Below, piece after piece: positions 27,601 through 41,000 of a DNA stretch of 64,000 bases. This DNA is from Eledone cirrhosa (lineage: Eukaryota), in assembly GCA_964016885.1 (NCBI GenBank), contig OZ024741.1, forward strand, positions 409,138,001-409,202,000, written 5' to 3'. The translations under genes and the position numbers were made by a program. Position 1 is the first letter of the stretch. The number at the start of each line of letters is the position of its first letter. The notes under the pieces are model-generated. The model searched no databases. It was not told where the DNA came from and saw only the letters and a list, made by a program, of their open reading frames with translations.

Positions 27601-30600
27601 GTGTACCTGTTTTAAAAGGGAGACTGTGTACCTATTTTAAAAGGGAGACTGTGTACCTATTTTAAAAGGAAGACTTACCTATTTTAAAAGGAAGACTGTG
27701 TACCTATTTTAAAAGGGAGACTGTACCTATTTTAAAAGGAAGACTGTGTACCTATTTTAAAAAGAAGACTGTATCTATTTTAAAAGGAATACTGTACCTA
27801 TTTTAAAAGGAAGACTGTGTACCTATATTAAAAGGGAGACTGTGTACGTATTTTAAAAGGAAGACTGTGTACCTATTTTAAAAGGGAGACTTACCTATTT
27901 TAAAAGGAAGACTGTACCCATTTTAAAAGGAAGACTGTACCTATTTTAAAAGGAAGACTGTGTACCTATTTTAAAAGGGAGACTGTACCTATTTTAAAAG
28001 GAAGACTCTACCTATTTTAAAAGGAAGACTGTACCTATTTTAAAAGGAAGACTGTGTACCTATTTTAAAAGGAAGACTGTACCTATTTTAAAATGAAGAC
28101 TGTGTACCTGTTTTAAAAGGGAGACTGTGTACCTATTTTAGAAGGGAGACTGTGTACCTATTTTAAAAGGAAGACTTACCTATTTTAAAAGGAAGACTGT
28201 GTACCTATTTTAAAAGGGAGACTGTACCTATTTTAAAAGGAAGACTGTGTACGAATTTTAAAAGGGAGACTGTGTACCTATTTTAAAAAGAAGAGTGTAC
28301 CTATTTTAAAAGGAAGACTCTACCTATTTTAAAAGGAAGACTGTGTCCCTATTTTAAAAGGGAGACTGCACCTATTTTAAAAGGGAGATTGTACCTATTT
28401 TAAAAGGAAGACTGTACCTATTTTAGAAGGAAGACTGTACCTATTTTAAAAGGAAGACTGTGTACCTATTTTAAAAGGAAGACTGTACCTATTTCAAAAG
28501 GAAGACTATGTACCTATTTTAAAAGGAAGACTGTGTACCTATTTTAAGAGGAAGAAGATACCTATTTTAAAAGGAAGACCGTGTACCTATTTTAAAAGGG
28601 AGACTGTACCTATTTTAAAAGGAAGACTGTACCTATTTTAAAAGGAAGACTGTACATATTTTAAAAGGAAGACTGTGTACCTATTTTAAAATGGAGTCTG
28701 TGTACCTATTTTAAAAGGAAGACTGTACCTATTTTAAAAGGAAGACTGTACCTATTTTAAAAGGAAGACTGTACCTATTTTAAAAAGAAGACTGTACCTA
28801 TTTTAAAAGGAAGACTGTACCTATTTTAAAAGGAAGATTCTGTACTTATTTTAAAAGGAAGACTGTACCTATTTTAAAAGGGAGACGGTGTACCTATTTT
28901 AAAAGGAAGACTCTACATATTTTAAAAGGAAGACTGTGTACCTATTTTAAAAGGGAGACTGTACCTATTTTAAAAGGAAGACTGTGTACGTATTTTAAAA
29001 GGGAGACTGTGTACCTATTTTAAAAAGAAGACTGTACCTATTTTAAAAGGAAGACTCTACCTATTTTAAAAGGAAGTCTGTGTACCTATTTTAAAAGGGA
29101 GACTGCACCTATTTTAAAAGGGAGATTGTACCTATTTTAAAAGGAAGTCTGTACCTATTTTAAAAGGAAGACTGTACCTATTTTAAAAGGAAGACTGTGT
29201 ACCTATTTTAAAAGGAAGACTGTGTACCTATTTTAAAAGGGAGACTGTACCTATTTTAAAAGGAAGACTGTGTACGTATTTTAAAAGGGAGACTGTGTAC
29301 CTATTTTAAAAAGAAGACTGTACCTATTTTAAAAGGAAGACTCTACCTATTTTAAAAGGAAGACTGTGTACCTATTTTAAAAGGGAGACTGCACCTATTT
29401 TAAAAGGGAGATTGTACCTATTTTAAAAGGAAGACTGTACCTATTTTAGAAGGAAGACTGTACCTATTTTAAAAGGAAGACTGTGTACCTATTTTAAAAG
29501 GATGACTGTACCTATTTTCAAAGGGTGACTGTACCTATTTTAAAAGGGAGATTGTACCTATTTTAAAAGGAAGTCTGTACCTATTTTAAAAGGAAGACTG
29601 TACCTATTTTAAAAGGGAGACTGTACCTATTTTAAAAGGAAGACTGTACCTATTTTAAAAGGAAGACTGTACATATTTTAAAAGGAAGACTGTGTACCTA
29701 TTTTAAAAGGGAGACTGTGTACCTATTTTAAAAGGAAGACTGTACCTATTTTAAAAGGAAGACTGTACCTATTTTAAAAGGAAGACTGTACCTATTTTAA
29801 AAAGAAGACTGTACCTATTTTAAAAGGAAGACTGTACCTATTTTAAAAGGAAGATTGTGTACCTATTTTAAAAGAGAGACTGTACCTATCTTAAAAGGAA
29901 GACTGTACTTATTGTAAAAGGAAGACTGTACCTATTTTAAAAGGGAGACTGTGTACCTATTTTAAAAGGGAGACTGTACCTATTTTAAAAGGAAGACTGT
30001 GTACCTGTTTTAAAAGGGAGACTGTACCTATTTTAAAAGGGAGACTCTACCTATTTTAAAAGGAAGACTGTACCTATTTTAAAAGGAAGACTGTACCTAT
30101 TTTAAAAGGGAGACTGTGTACCTATTTTAAAAGGGAGACTGTACCTATTTTAAAAGGAAGACTGTGTACGTATTTTAAAAGGGAGATGTACCTATTTTAA
30201 AAAGAAGACTGTACCTATTTTAAAAGGAAGACTCTACATATTTTAAAAGGAAGACTGTGTACCTATTTTAAAAGGGAGACTGCACCTATTTTAAAAGGGA
30301 GACTGTACCTATTTTAAAAGGAAGACTGTACCTATTTTAAAAGGAAGACTGTACCTATTTTAAAAGGAAGACTGTGTACTTATTTTAAAAGGAAGACTGT
30401 GTACCTATTTTAAAAGGGAGACTATGTACCTATTTTAAGAGGAAGCAGATACCTATTTTAAAAGGAAGACTGTGTACCTATTTTAAAAAGGAGACTTACC
30501 TATTTTAAAAGGAAGACTGTACCTATTTTAAAAGGAAGACTGTACCTATTTTAAAAGGAAGACTGTGTACCTATTTTAAAAGGGAGACTGTACCTATTTT

Positions 30601-30879
30601 AAAAGGAAGACTCTACCTATTTTAAAAGGAAGACTGTACCTATTTTAAAAGGAAGACTGTGTACCTATTTTAAAAGGAAGACTGTACCTATTTTAAAATG
30701 AAGACTGTGTACCTGTTTTAAAAGGGAGACTGTGTACCTATTTTAAAAGGGAGACTGTGTACCTATTTTAAAAGGAAGACTTACCTATTTTAAAAGGAAG
30801 ACTGTGTACCTATTTTAAAAGGGAGACTGTACCTATTTTAAAAGGAAGACTGTGTACCTATTTTAAAAAGAAGACTGTA
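24660..30879. repeat. 3106-bp tandem duplication, apparently near-identical copies
   Basis: Rare variants GTGTCCCT (25241/28347), GAGACGGTG (25781/28887), GGATGAC (26397/29503) and TTATTGTAAAA (26808/29914) are all offset by 3106. Confidence 0.92.
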
Positions 30880-33800
30880 CCTATTTTAAAAGGAAGACTC
30901 TACCTATTTTAAAAGGAAGACTGTGTACCTATTTTAAAAGGGAGATTGCACCTATTTTAAAAGGGAGATTGTACCTATTTTAAAAGGAAGACTTACCTAT
31001 TTTAGAAGGAAGACTGTACCTATTTTAAAAAGAAGACTGTGTACCTATTTTAAAAGGGAGACTGTGTACCTATTTTAAGAGGAAGAAGATACCTATTTTA
31101 AAAGGAAGACCGTGTACCTATTTTAAAAGGGAGACTGTACCTATTTTAAAAGGAAGACTGTACCTATTTTAAAAGGAAGACTGTACATATTTTAAAAGGA
31201 AGACTGTGTACCTATTTTAAAAGGGAGACTGTGTACCTATTTTAAAAGGAAGACTGTACCTATTTTAAAAGGAAGACTGTACCTATTTTAAAAGGAAGAC
31301 TGTACCTATTTTAAAAGGAAAACTGTGTACCTATTTTAAAAGGAAGACTGTACCTATTTCAAAAGGAAGACTATGTACCTATTTTAAAAGGGAGACTGTG
31401 TACCTATTTTAAGAGGAAGAAGATACCTATTTTAAAAGGAAGACCGTGTACCTATTTTAAAAGGGAGACTGTACCTATTTTAAAAGGAAGACTGTACATA
31501 TTTTAAAAGGAAGACTGTGTACCTATTTTAAAAGGGAGACTGTGTACCTATTTTAAAAGGAAGACTGTACCTATTTTAAAAGGAAGACTGTACCTATTTT
31601 AAAAGGAAGACTGTACCTATTTTAAAAAGAAGACTGTACCTATTTTAAAAGGAAGACTGTACCTATTTTAAAAGGAAGATTGTGTACCTATTTTAAAAGA
31701 GAGACTGTACCTATCTTAAAAGGAAGACTGTACTTATTTTAAAAGGAAGACTGTACCTATTTTAAAAGGAAGACTGTGTACCTATTTTAAAAGGGAGACT
31801 GTACCTATTTTAAAAGGAAGACTCTACCTATTTTAAAAGGAAGACTGTGTACCTATTTTAAAATGGAGACTGTGTACCTATTTTAAAAGGAAGACTGTAC
31901 CTATTTTAAAAGGAAGACTGTACCTATTTTAAAAGGAAGACTGTACCTATTTTAAAAAGAAGACTGTACCTATTTTAAAAGGAAGACTGTACCTATTTTA
32001 AAAGGAAGATTCTGTACTTATTTTAAAAGGAAGACTGTACCTATTTTAAAAGGGAGACTGTGTACCTATTTTAAAAGGGAGACTATGTACCTATTTTAAG
32101 AGGAAGCAGATACCTATTTTAAAAGGAAGACTGTATCTATTTTAAAAGGAATACTGTACCTATTTTAAAAGGAAGATTGTGTACCTATATTAAAAGGGAG
32201 ACTGTGTACGTATTTTAAAAGGAAGACTGTGTACCTATTTTAAAAGGGAGACTTACCTATTTTAAAAGGAAGACTGTACCCATTTTAAAAGGAAGACTGT
32301 ACCTATTTTAAAAGGAAGACTGTGTACCTATTTTAAAAGGGAGACTGTACCTATTTTAAAAGGAAGACTCTACCTATTTTAAAAGGAAGACTGTACCTAT
32401 TTTAAAAGGAAGACTGTGTACCTATTTTAAAAGGAAGACTGTACCTATTTTAAAATGAAGACTGTGTACCTGTTTTAAAAGGGAGACTGTGTACCTATTT
32501 TAGAAGGGAGACTGTGTACCTATTTTAAAAGGAAGACTTACCTATTTTAAAAGGAAGACTGTGTACCTATTTTAAAAGGAAGACTGTGTACCTATTTTAA
32601 AAGGAAGACTGTGTACCTATTTTAAAAGGGAGACTGTACCTATTTTAAAAGGAAGACTGTGTACGTATTTTAAGAGGAAGCAGATACCTATTTTAAAAGG
32701 AAGACTGTATCTATTTTAAAAGGAATACTGTACCTATTTTAAAAGGAAGATTGTGTACCTATATTAAAAGGGAGACTGTGTACGAATTTTAAAAGGGAGA
32801 CTGTGTACCTATTTTAAAAAGAAGAGTGTACCTATTTTAAAAGGAAGACTCTACCTATTTTAAAAGGAAGACTGTGTCCCTATTTTAAAAGGGAGACTGC
32901 ACCTATTTTAAAAGGGAGATTGTACCTATTTTAAAAGGAAGACTGTACCTATTTTAGAAGGAAGACTGTACCTATTTTAAAAGGAAGACTGTGTACCTAT
33001 TTTAAAAGGAAGACTGTACCTATTTCAAAAGGAAGACTATGTACCTATTTTAAAAGGAAGACTGTGTACCTATTTTAAGAGGAAGAAGATACCTATTTTA
33101 AAAGGAAGACCGTGTACCTATTTTAAAAGGGAGACTGTACCTATTTTAAAAGGAAGACTGTACCTATTTTAAAAGGAAGACTGTACATATTTTAAAAGGA
33201 AGACTGTGTACCTATTTTAAAATGGAGACTGTGTACCTATTTTAAAAGGAAGACTGTACCTATTTTAAAAGGAAGACTGTACCTATTTTAAAAGGAAGAC
33301 TGTACCTATTTTAAAAAGAAGACTGTACCTATTTTAAAAGGAAGACTGTACCTATTTTAAAAGGAAGATTCTGTACTTATTTTAAAAGGAAGACTGTACC
33401 TATTTTAAAAGGGAGACTGTGTACCTATTTTAAAAGGAAGACTCTACATATTTTAAAAGGAAGACTGTGTACCTATTTTAAAAGGGAGACTGTACCTATT
33501 TTAAAAGGAAGACTGTGTACGTATTTTAAAAGGGAGACTGTGTACCTATTTTAAAAAGAAGACTGTACCTATTTTAAAAGGAAGACTCTACCTATTTTAA
33601 AAGGAAGTCTGTGTACCTATTTTAAAAGGGAGACTGCACCTATTTTAAAAGGGAGATTGTACCTATTTTAAAAGGAAGTCTGTACCTATTTTAAAAGGAA
33701 GACTGTACCTATTTTAAAAGGGAGACTGTACCTATTTTAAAAGGAAGACTGTACCTATTTTAAAAGGAAGACTGTGTACCTATTTTAAAAGGAAGGCTGT

Positions 33801-36139
33801 GTACCTATTTTAAAAGGGAGACTATGTACCTATTTTAAGAGGAAGCAGATACCTATTTTAAAAGGAAGACTGTGTACCTATTTTAAAAGGCAGACTGTAC
33901 CTATTTTAAAAGGAAGACTGTGTACCTATTTTAAAAGGAAGACTGTGTACCTATTTTAAAAGGGAGACTGTACCTATTTTAAAAGGAAGACTGTGTACGT
34001 ATTTTAAAAGGGAGACTGTGTACCTATTTTAAAAAGAAGACTGTACCTATTTTAAAAGGAAGACTCTACCAATTTTAAAAGGAAGACTGTGTACCTATTT
34101 TAAAAGGGAGACTGCACCTATTTTAAAAGGGAGATTGTACCTATTTTAAAAGGAAGACTGTACCTATTTTAGAAGGAAGACTGTACCTATTTTAAAAGGA
34201 AGACTGTGTACCTATTTTAAAAGGATGACTGTACCTATTTTCAAAGGGTGACTGTACCTATTTTAAAAGGGAGATTGTACCTATTTTAAAAGGAAGTCTG
34301 TACCTATTTTAAAAGGAAGACTGTACCTATTTTAAAAGGGAGACTGTACCTATTTTAAAAGGAAGACTGTACCTATTTTAAAAGGAAGACTGTACATATT
34401 TTAAAAGGAAGACTGTGTACCTATTTTAAAAGGGAGAATGTGTACCTATTTTAAAAGGAAGACTGTACCTATTTTAAAAGGAAGACTGTACCTATTTTAA
34501 AAGGAAGACTGTACCTATTTTAAAAAGAAGACTGTACCTATTTTAAAAGGAAGACTGTACCTATTTTAAAAGGAAGATTGTGTACCTATTTTAAAAGAGA
34601 GACTGTACCTATCTTAAAAGGAAGACTGTACTTATTTTAAAAGGAAGACTGTACCTATTTTAAAAGGGAGACTGTGTACCTATTTTAAAAGGGAGACTGT
34701 ACCTATTTTAAAAGGAAGACTGTGTACCTGTTTTAAAAGGGAGACTGTACCTATTTTAAAAGGGAGACTCTACCTATTTTAAAAGGAAGACTGTACCTAT
34801 TTTAAAAGGAAGACTGTACCTATTTTAAAAGGGAGACTGTGTACCTATTTTAAAAGGGAGACTGTACCTATTTTAAAAGGAAGACTGTGTACGTATTTTA
34901 AAAGGGAGATGTACCTATTTTAAAAAGAAGACTGTACCTATTTTAAAAGGAAGACTCTACATATTTTAAAAGGAAGACTGTGTACCTATTTTAAAAGGGA
35001 GACTGCACCTGTTTTAAAAGGGAGACTGTACCTATTTTAAAAGGAAGACTGTACCTATTTTAAAAGGAAGACTGTACCTATTTTAAAAGGAAGACTGTGT
35101 ACTTATTTTAAAAGGAAGACTGTGTACCTATTTTAAAAGGGAGACTATGTACCTATTTTAAGAGGAAGCAGATACCTATTTTAAAAGGAAGACTGTGTAC
35201 CTATTTTAAAAGGGAGACTGCACCTATTTTAAAAGGAAGACTGTATCTATTTTAAAAGGAATACTGTACCTATTTTAAAAGGAAGACTGTGTACCTATAT
35301 TAAAAGGGAGACTGTGTACGTATTTTAAAAGGAAGACTGTGTACCTATTTTAAAAAGGAGACTTACCTATTTTAAAAGGAAGACTGTACCTATTTTAAAA
35401 GGAAGACTGTACCTATTTTAAAAGGAAGACTGTGTACCTATTTTAAAAGGGAGACTGTACCTATTTTAAAAGGAAGACTCTACCTATTTTAAAAGGAAGA
35501 CTGTACCTATTTTAAAAGGAAGACTGTGTACCTATTTTAAAAGGAAGACTGTACCTATTTTAAAATGAAGACTGTGTACCTGTTTTAAAAGGGAGACTGT
35601 GTACCTATTTTAAAAGGGAGACTGTGTACCTATTTTAAAAGGAAGACTTACCTATTTTAAAAGGAAGACTGTGTACCTATTTTAAAAGGGAGACTGTACC
35701 TATTTTAAAAGGAAGACTGTGTACCTATTTTAAAAAGAAGACTGTACCTATTTTAAAAGGAAGACTCTACCTATTTTAAAAGGAAGACTGTGTACCTATT
35801 TTAAAAGGGAGATTGCACCTATTTTAAAAGGGAGATTGTACCTATTTTAAAAGGAAGACTTACCTATTTTAGAAGGAAGACTGTACCTATTTTAAAAAGA
35901 AGACTGTGTACCTATTTTAAAAGGGAGACTGTGTACCTATTTTAAGAGGAAGAAGATACCTATTTTAAAAGGAAGACCGTGTACCTATTTTAAAAGGGAG
36001 ACTGTACCTATTTTAAAAGGAAGACTGTACCTATTTTAAAAGGAAGACTGTACATATTTTAAAAGGAAGACTGTGTACCTATTTTAAAAGGGAGACTGTG
36101 TACCTATTTTAAAAGGAAGACTGTACCTATTTTAAAAGG

Positions 36140-38075
36140 AAGACTGTACCTATTTTAAAAAGAAGACTGTACCTATTTTAAAAGGAAGACTGTACCTATT
36201 TTAAAAGGAAGATTCTGTACTTATTTTAAAAGGAAGACTGTACCTATTTTAAAAGGGAGACTGTGTACCTATTTTAAAAGGAAGACTCTACATATTTTAA
36301 AAGGAAGACTGTGTACCTATTTTAAAAGGGAGACTGTACCTATTTTAAAAGGAAGACTGTACCTATTTTAAAAGGAAGACTGTACATATTTTAAAAGGAA
36401 GACTGTGTACCTATTTTAAAAGGGAGACTGTGTACCTATTTTAAAAGGAAGACTGTACCTATTTTAAAAGGAAGACTGTACCTATTTTAAAAGGAAGACT
36501 GTACCTATTTTAAAAAGAAGACTGTACCTATTTTAAAAGGAAGACTGTACCTATTTTAAAAGGAAGATTCTGTACTTATTTTAAAAGGAAGACTGTACCT
36601 ATTTTAAAAGGGAGACTGTGTACCTATTTTAAAAGGAAGACTCTACATATTTTAAAAGGGAGACTGTGTACCTATTTTAAAAAGAAGACTGTACCTATTT
36701 TAAAAGGAAGACTCTACCTATTTTAAAAGGAAGTCTGTGTACCTATTTTAAAAGGGAGACTGCACCTATTTTAAAAGGGAGATTGTACCTATTTTAAAAG
36801 GAAGTCTGTACCTATTTTAAAAGGAAGACTGTACCTATTTTAAAAGGAAGACTGTGTACCTATTTTAAAAGGAAGACTGTACCTATTTCAAAAGGAAGAC
36901 TATGTACCTATTTTAAAAGGGAGACTGTGTACCTATTTTAAGAGGAAGAAGATACCTATTTTAAAAGGAAGACCGTGTACCTATTTTCAAAGGGTGACTG
37001 TACCTATTTTAAAAGGAAGACTGTACCTATTTTAAAAGAGAGACTGTACCTATCTTAAAAGGAAGACTGTACTTATTTTAAAAGGAAGACTGTACCTATT
37101 TTAAAAAGGAGACTGTACCTATTTTAAAAAGAAGACTGTACCTATTTTAAAAGGAAGACTGTACCTATTTTAAAAGGAAGATTCTGTACTTATTTTAAAA
37201 GGAAGACTGTACCTATTTTAAAAGGGAGACTGTGTACCTATTTTAAAAGGAAGACTCTACATATTTTAAAAGGAAGACTGTGTACCTATTTTAAAAGGGA
37301 GACTGTACCTATTTTAAAAGGAAGACTGTACCTATTTTAAAAGGAAGACTGTACATATTTTAAAAGGAAGACTGTGTACCTATTTTAAAAGGGAGACTGT
37401 GTACCTATTTTAAAAGGAAGACTGTACCTATTTTAAAAGGAAGACTGTACCTATTTTAAAAGGAAGACTGTACCTATTTTAAAAAGAAGACTGTACCTAT
37501 TTTAAAAGGAAGACTGTACCTATTTTAAAAGGAAGATTCTGTACTTATTTTAAAAGGAAGACTGTACCTATTTTAAAAGGGAGACTGTGTACCTATTTTA
37601 AAAGGAAGACTCTACATATTTTAAAAGGGAGACTGTGTACCTATTTTAAAAAGAAGACTGTACCTATTTTAAAAGGAAGACTCTACCTATTTTAAAAGGA
37701 AGTCTGTGTACCTATTTTAAAAGGGAGACTGCACCTATTTTAAAAGGGAGATTGTACCTATTTTAAAAGGAAGTCTGTACCTATTTTAAAAGGAAGACTG
37801 TACCTATTTTAAAAGGAAGACTGTGTACCTATTTTAAAAGGAAGACTGTACCTATTTCAAAAGGAAGACTATGTACCTATTTTAAAAGGGAGACTGTGTA
37901 CCTATTTTAAGAGGAAGAAGATACCTATTTTAAAAGGAAGACCGTGTACCTATTTTCAAAGGGTGACTGTACCTATTTTAAAAGGAAGACTGTACCTATT
38001 TTAAAAGAGAGACTGTACCTATCTTAAAAGGAAGACTGTACTTATTTTAAAAGGAAGACTGTACCTATTTTAAAA
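36140..38075. repeat. 969-bp tandem duplication, each copy with an internal ~355-bp repeat
   Basis: GATTCTGTACTT occurs at 36211 and 37180, and TTTTCAAAGGGTG has its C at 36988 and 37957 (offset 969). A second GATTCTG at 36566 gives the internal 355 offset. Confidence 0.85.
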
Positions 38076-41000
38076 GGGAGACTGTGTACCTATTTTAAAA
38101 GGGAGACTGTACCTATTTTAAAAGGAATACTGTGTACCTGTTTTAAAAGGGAGACTGTACCTATTTTAAAAGGGAGACTCTACCTATTTTAAAAGGAAGA
38201 CTGTACGTATTTTAAAAGGAAGACTGTACCTATTTTAAAAGGGAGACTGTGTACCTATTTTAAAAGGGAGACTGTACCTATGTTAAAAGGAAGACTGTGT
38301 ACGTATTTTAAAAGGGAGATGTACCTATTTTAAAAAGAAGACTGTACCTATTTTAAAAGGAAGACTCTACATATTTTAAAAGGAAGACTGTGTACCTATT
38401 TTAAAAGGGAGACTGCACCTATTTTAAAAGGGAGACTGTACCTATTTTAAAAGCAAGACTGTACCTATTTTAAAAGGAAGACTGTACCTATTTTAAAAGG
38501 AAGACTGTGTACTTATTTTAAAAGGAAGACTGTGTACCTATTTTAAAAGGGAGACTATGTACCTATTTTAAGAGGAAGCAGATACCTATTTTAAAAGGAA
38601 GACTGTGTACCTATTTTAAAAGGAAGACTCTACATATTTTAAAAGGAAGACTGTGTACCTATTTTAAAAGGGAGACTGTACCTATTTTAAAAGGAAGACT
38701 GTGTACGTATTTTAAAAGGGAGACTGTGTACCTATTTTAAAAAGAAGACTGTACCTATTTTAAAAGGAAGACTCTACCTATTTTAAAAGGAAGACTGTGT
38801 ACCTATTTTAAAAGGAAGACTGTACCTATTTCAAAAGGAAGACTATGTACCTATTTTAAAAGGAAGACTGTACCTATTTTAAAAGGAAGACTGTACCTAT
38901 TTTAAAAGGAAGACTGTACCTATTTTAAAAGGAAGACTGTGCACTTATTTTAAAAGGAAGACTGTGTACCTATTTTAAAAAGGAGACTATGTACCTATTT
39001 TAAGAGGAAGCAGATACCTATTTTAAAAGGAAGACTGTGTACCTATTTTAAAAGGGAGACTGCACCTATTTTAAAAGGAAGACTGTATCTATTTTAAAAG
39101 GAATACTGTACCTATTTTAAAAGGAAGACTGTGTACCTATATTAAAAGGGAGACTGTGTACGTATTTTAAAAGGAAGACTGTGTACCTATTTTAAAAGGG
39201 AGACTGTACCTATTTTAAAAGGAAGACTGTGTACCTATTTTAAAAAGAAGACTGTACCTATTTTAAAAGGAAGACTCTACCTATTTTAAAAGGAAGACTG
39301 TGTACCTATTTTAAAAGGGAGATTGCACCTATTTTAAAAGGGAGATTGTACCTATTTTAAAAGGAAGACTTACCTATTTTAGAAGGAAGACTGTACCTAT
39401 TTTAAAAAGAAGACTGTGTACCTATTTTAAAAGGGAGACTGTGTACCTATTTTAAGAGGAAGAAGATACCTATTTTAAAAGGAAGACCGTGTACCTATTT
39501 TAAAAGGGAGACTGTACCTATTTTAAAAGGAAGACTGTACCTATTTTAAAAGGAAGACTGTGTACCTATTTTAAAATGGAGACTGTGTACCTATTTTAAA
39601 AGGAAGACTGTACCTATTTTAAAAGGAAGACTGTACCTATTTTAAAAGGAAGACTGTACCTATTTTAAAAAGAAGACTGTACCTATTTTAAAAGGAAGAC
39701 TGTACCTATTTTAAAAGGAAGATTCTGTACTTATTTTAAAAGGAAGACTGTACCTATTTTAAAAGGGAGACTGTGTACCTATTTTAAAAGGAAGACTCTA
39801 CATATTTTAAAAGGAAGACTGTGTACCTATTTTAAAAGGGAGACTGTACCTATTTTAAAAGGAAGACTGTGTACGTATTTTAAAAGGGAGACTGTGTACC
39901 TATTTTAAAAAGAAGACTGTACCTATTTTAAAAGGAAGACTCTACCTATTTTAAAAGGAAGTCTGTGTACCTATTTTAAAAGGGAGACTGCACCTATTTT
40001 AAAAGGGAGATTGTACCTATTTTAAAAGGAAGTCTGTACCTATTTTAAAAGGAAGACTGTACCTGTTTTAAAAGGAAGACTCTACCTATTTTAAAAGGAA
40101 GACTGTGTACCTATTTTAAAAGGGAGACTGCACCTATTTTAAAAGGGAGATTGTACCTATTTTAAAAGGAAGACTGTACCTATTTTAGAAGGAAGACTGT
40201 ACCTATTTTAAAAGGAAGACTGTGTACCTATTTTAAAAGGATGACTGTACCTATTTTCAAAGGGTGACTGTACCTATTTTAAAAGGGAGATTGTACCTAT
40301 TTTAAAAGGAAGTCTGTACCTATTTTAAAAGGAAGACTGTACCTATTTTAAAAGGGAGACTGTACCTATTTTAAAAGGAAGACTGTACCTATTTTAAAAG
40401 GAAGACTGTACATATTTTAAAAGGAAGACTGTGTACCTATTTTAAAAGGGAGACTGTGTACCTATTTTAAAAGGAAGACTGTACCTATTTTAAAAGGAAG
40501 ACTGTACCTATTTTAAAAGGAAGACTGTACCTATTTTAAAAAGAAGACTGTACCTATTTTAAAAGGAAGACTGTACCTATTTTAAAAGGAAGATTGTGTA
40601 CCTATTTTAAAAGAGAGACTGTACCTATCTTAAAAGGAAGACTGTACTTATTTTAAAAGGAAGACTGTACCTATTTTAAAAGGGAGACTGTGTACCTATT
40701 TTAAAAGGGAGACTGTACCTATTTTAAAAGGAAGACTGTGTACCTGTTTTAAAAGGGAGACTGTACCTATTTTAAAAGGGAGACTCTACCTATTTTAAAA
40801 GGAAGACTGTACCTATTTTAAAAGGAAGACTGTACCTATTTTAAAAGGGAGACTGTGTACCTATTTTAAAAGGGAGACTGTACCTATTTTAAAAGGAAGA
40901 CTGTGTACGTATTTTAAAAGGGAGATGTACCTATTTTAAAAAGAAGACTGTACCTATTTTAAAAGGAAGACTCTACATATTTTAAAAGGAAGACTGTGTA

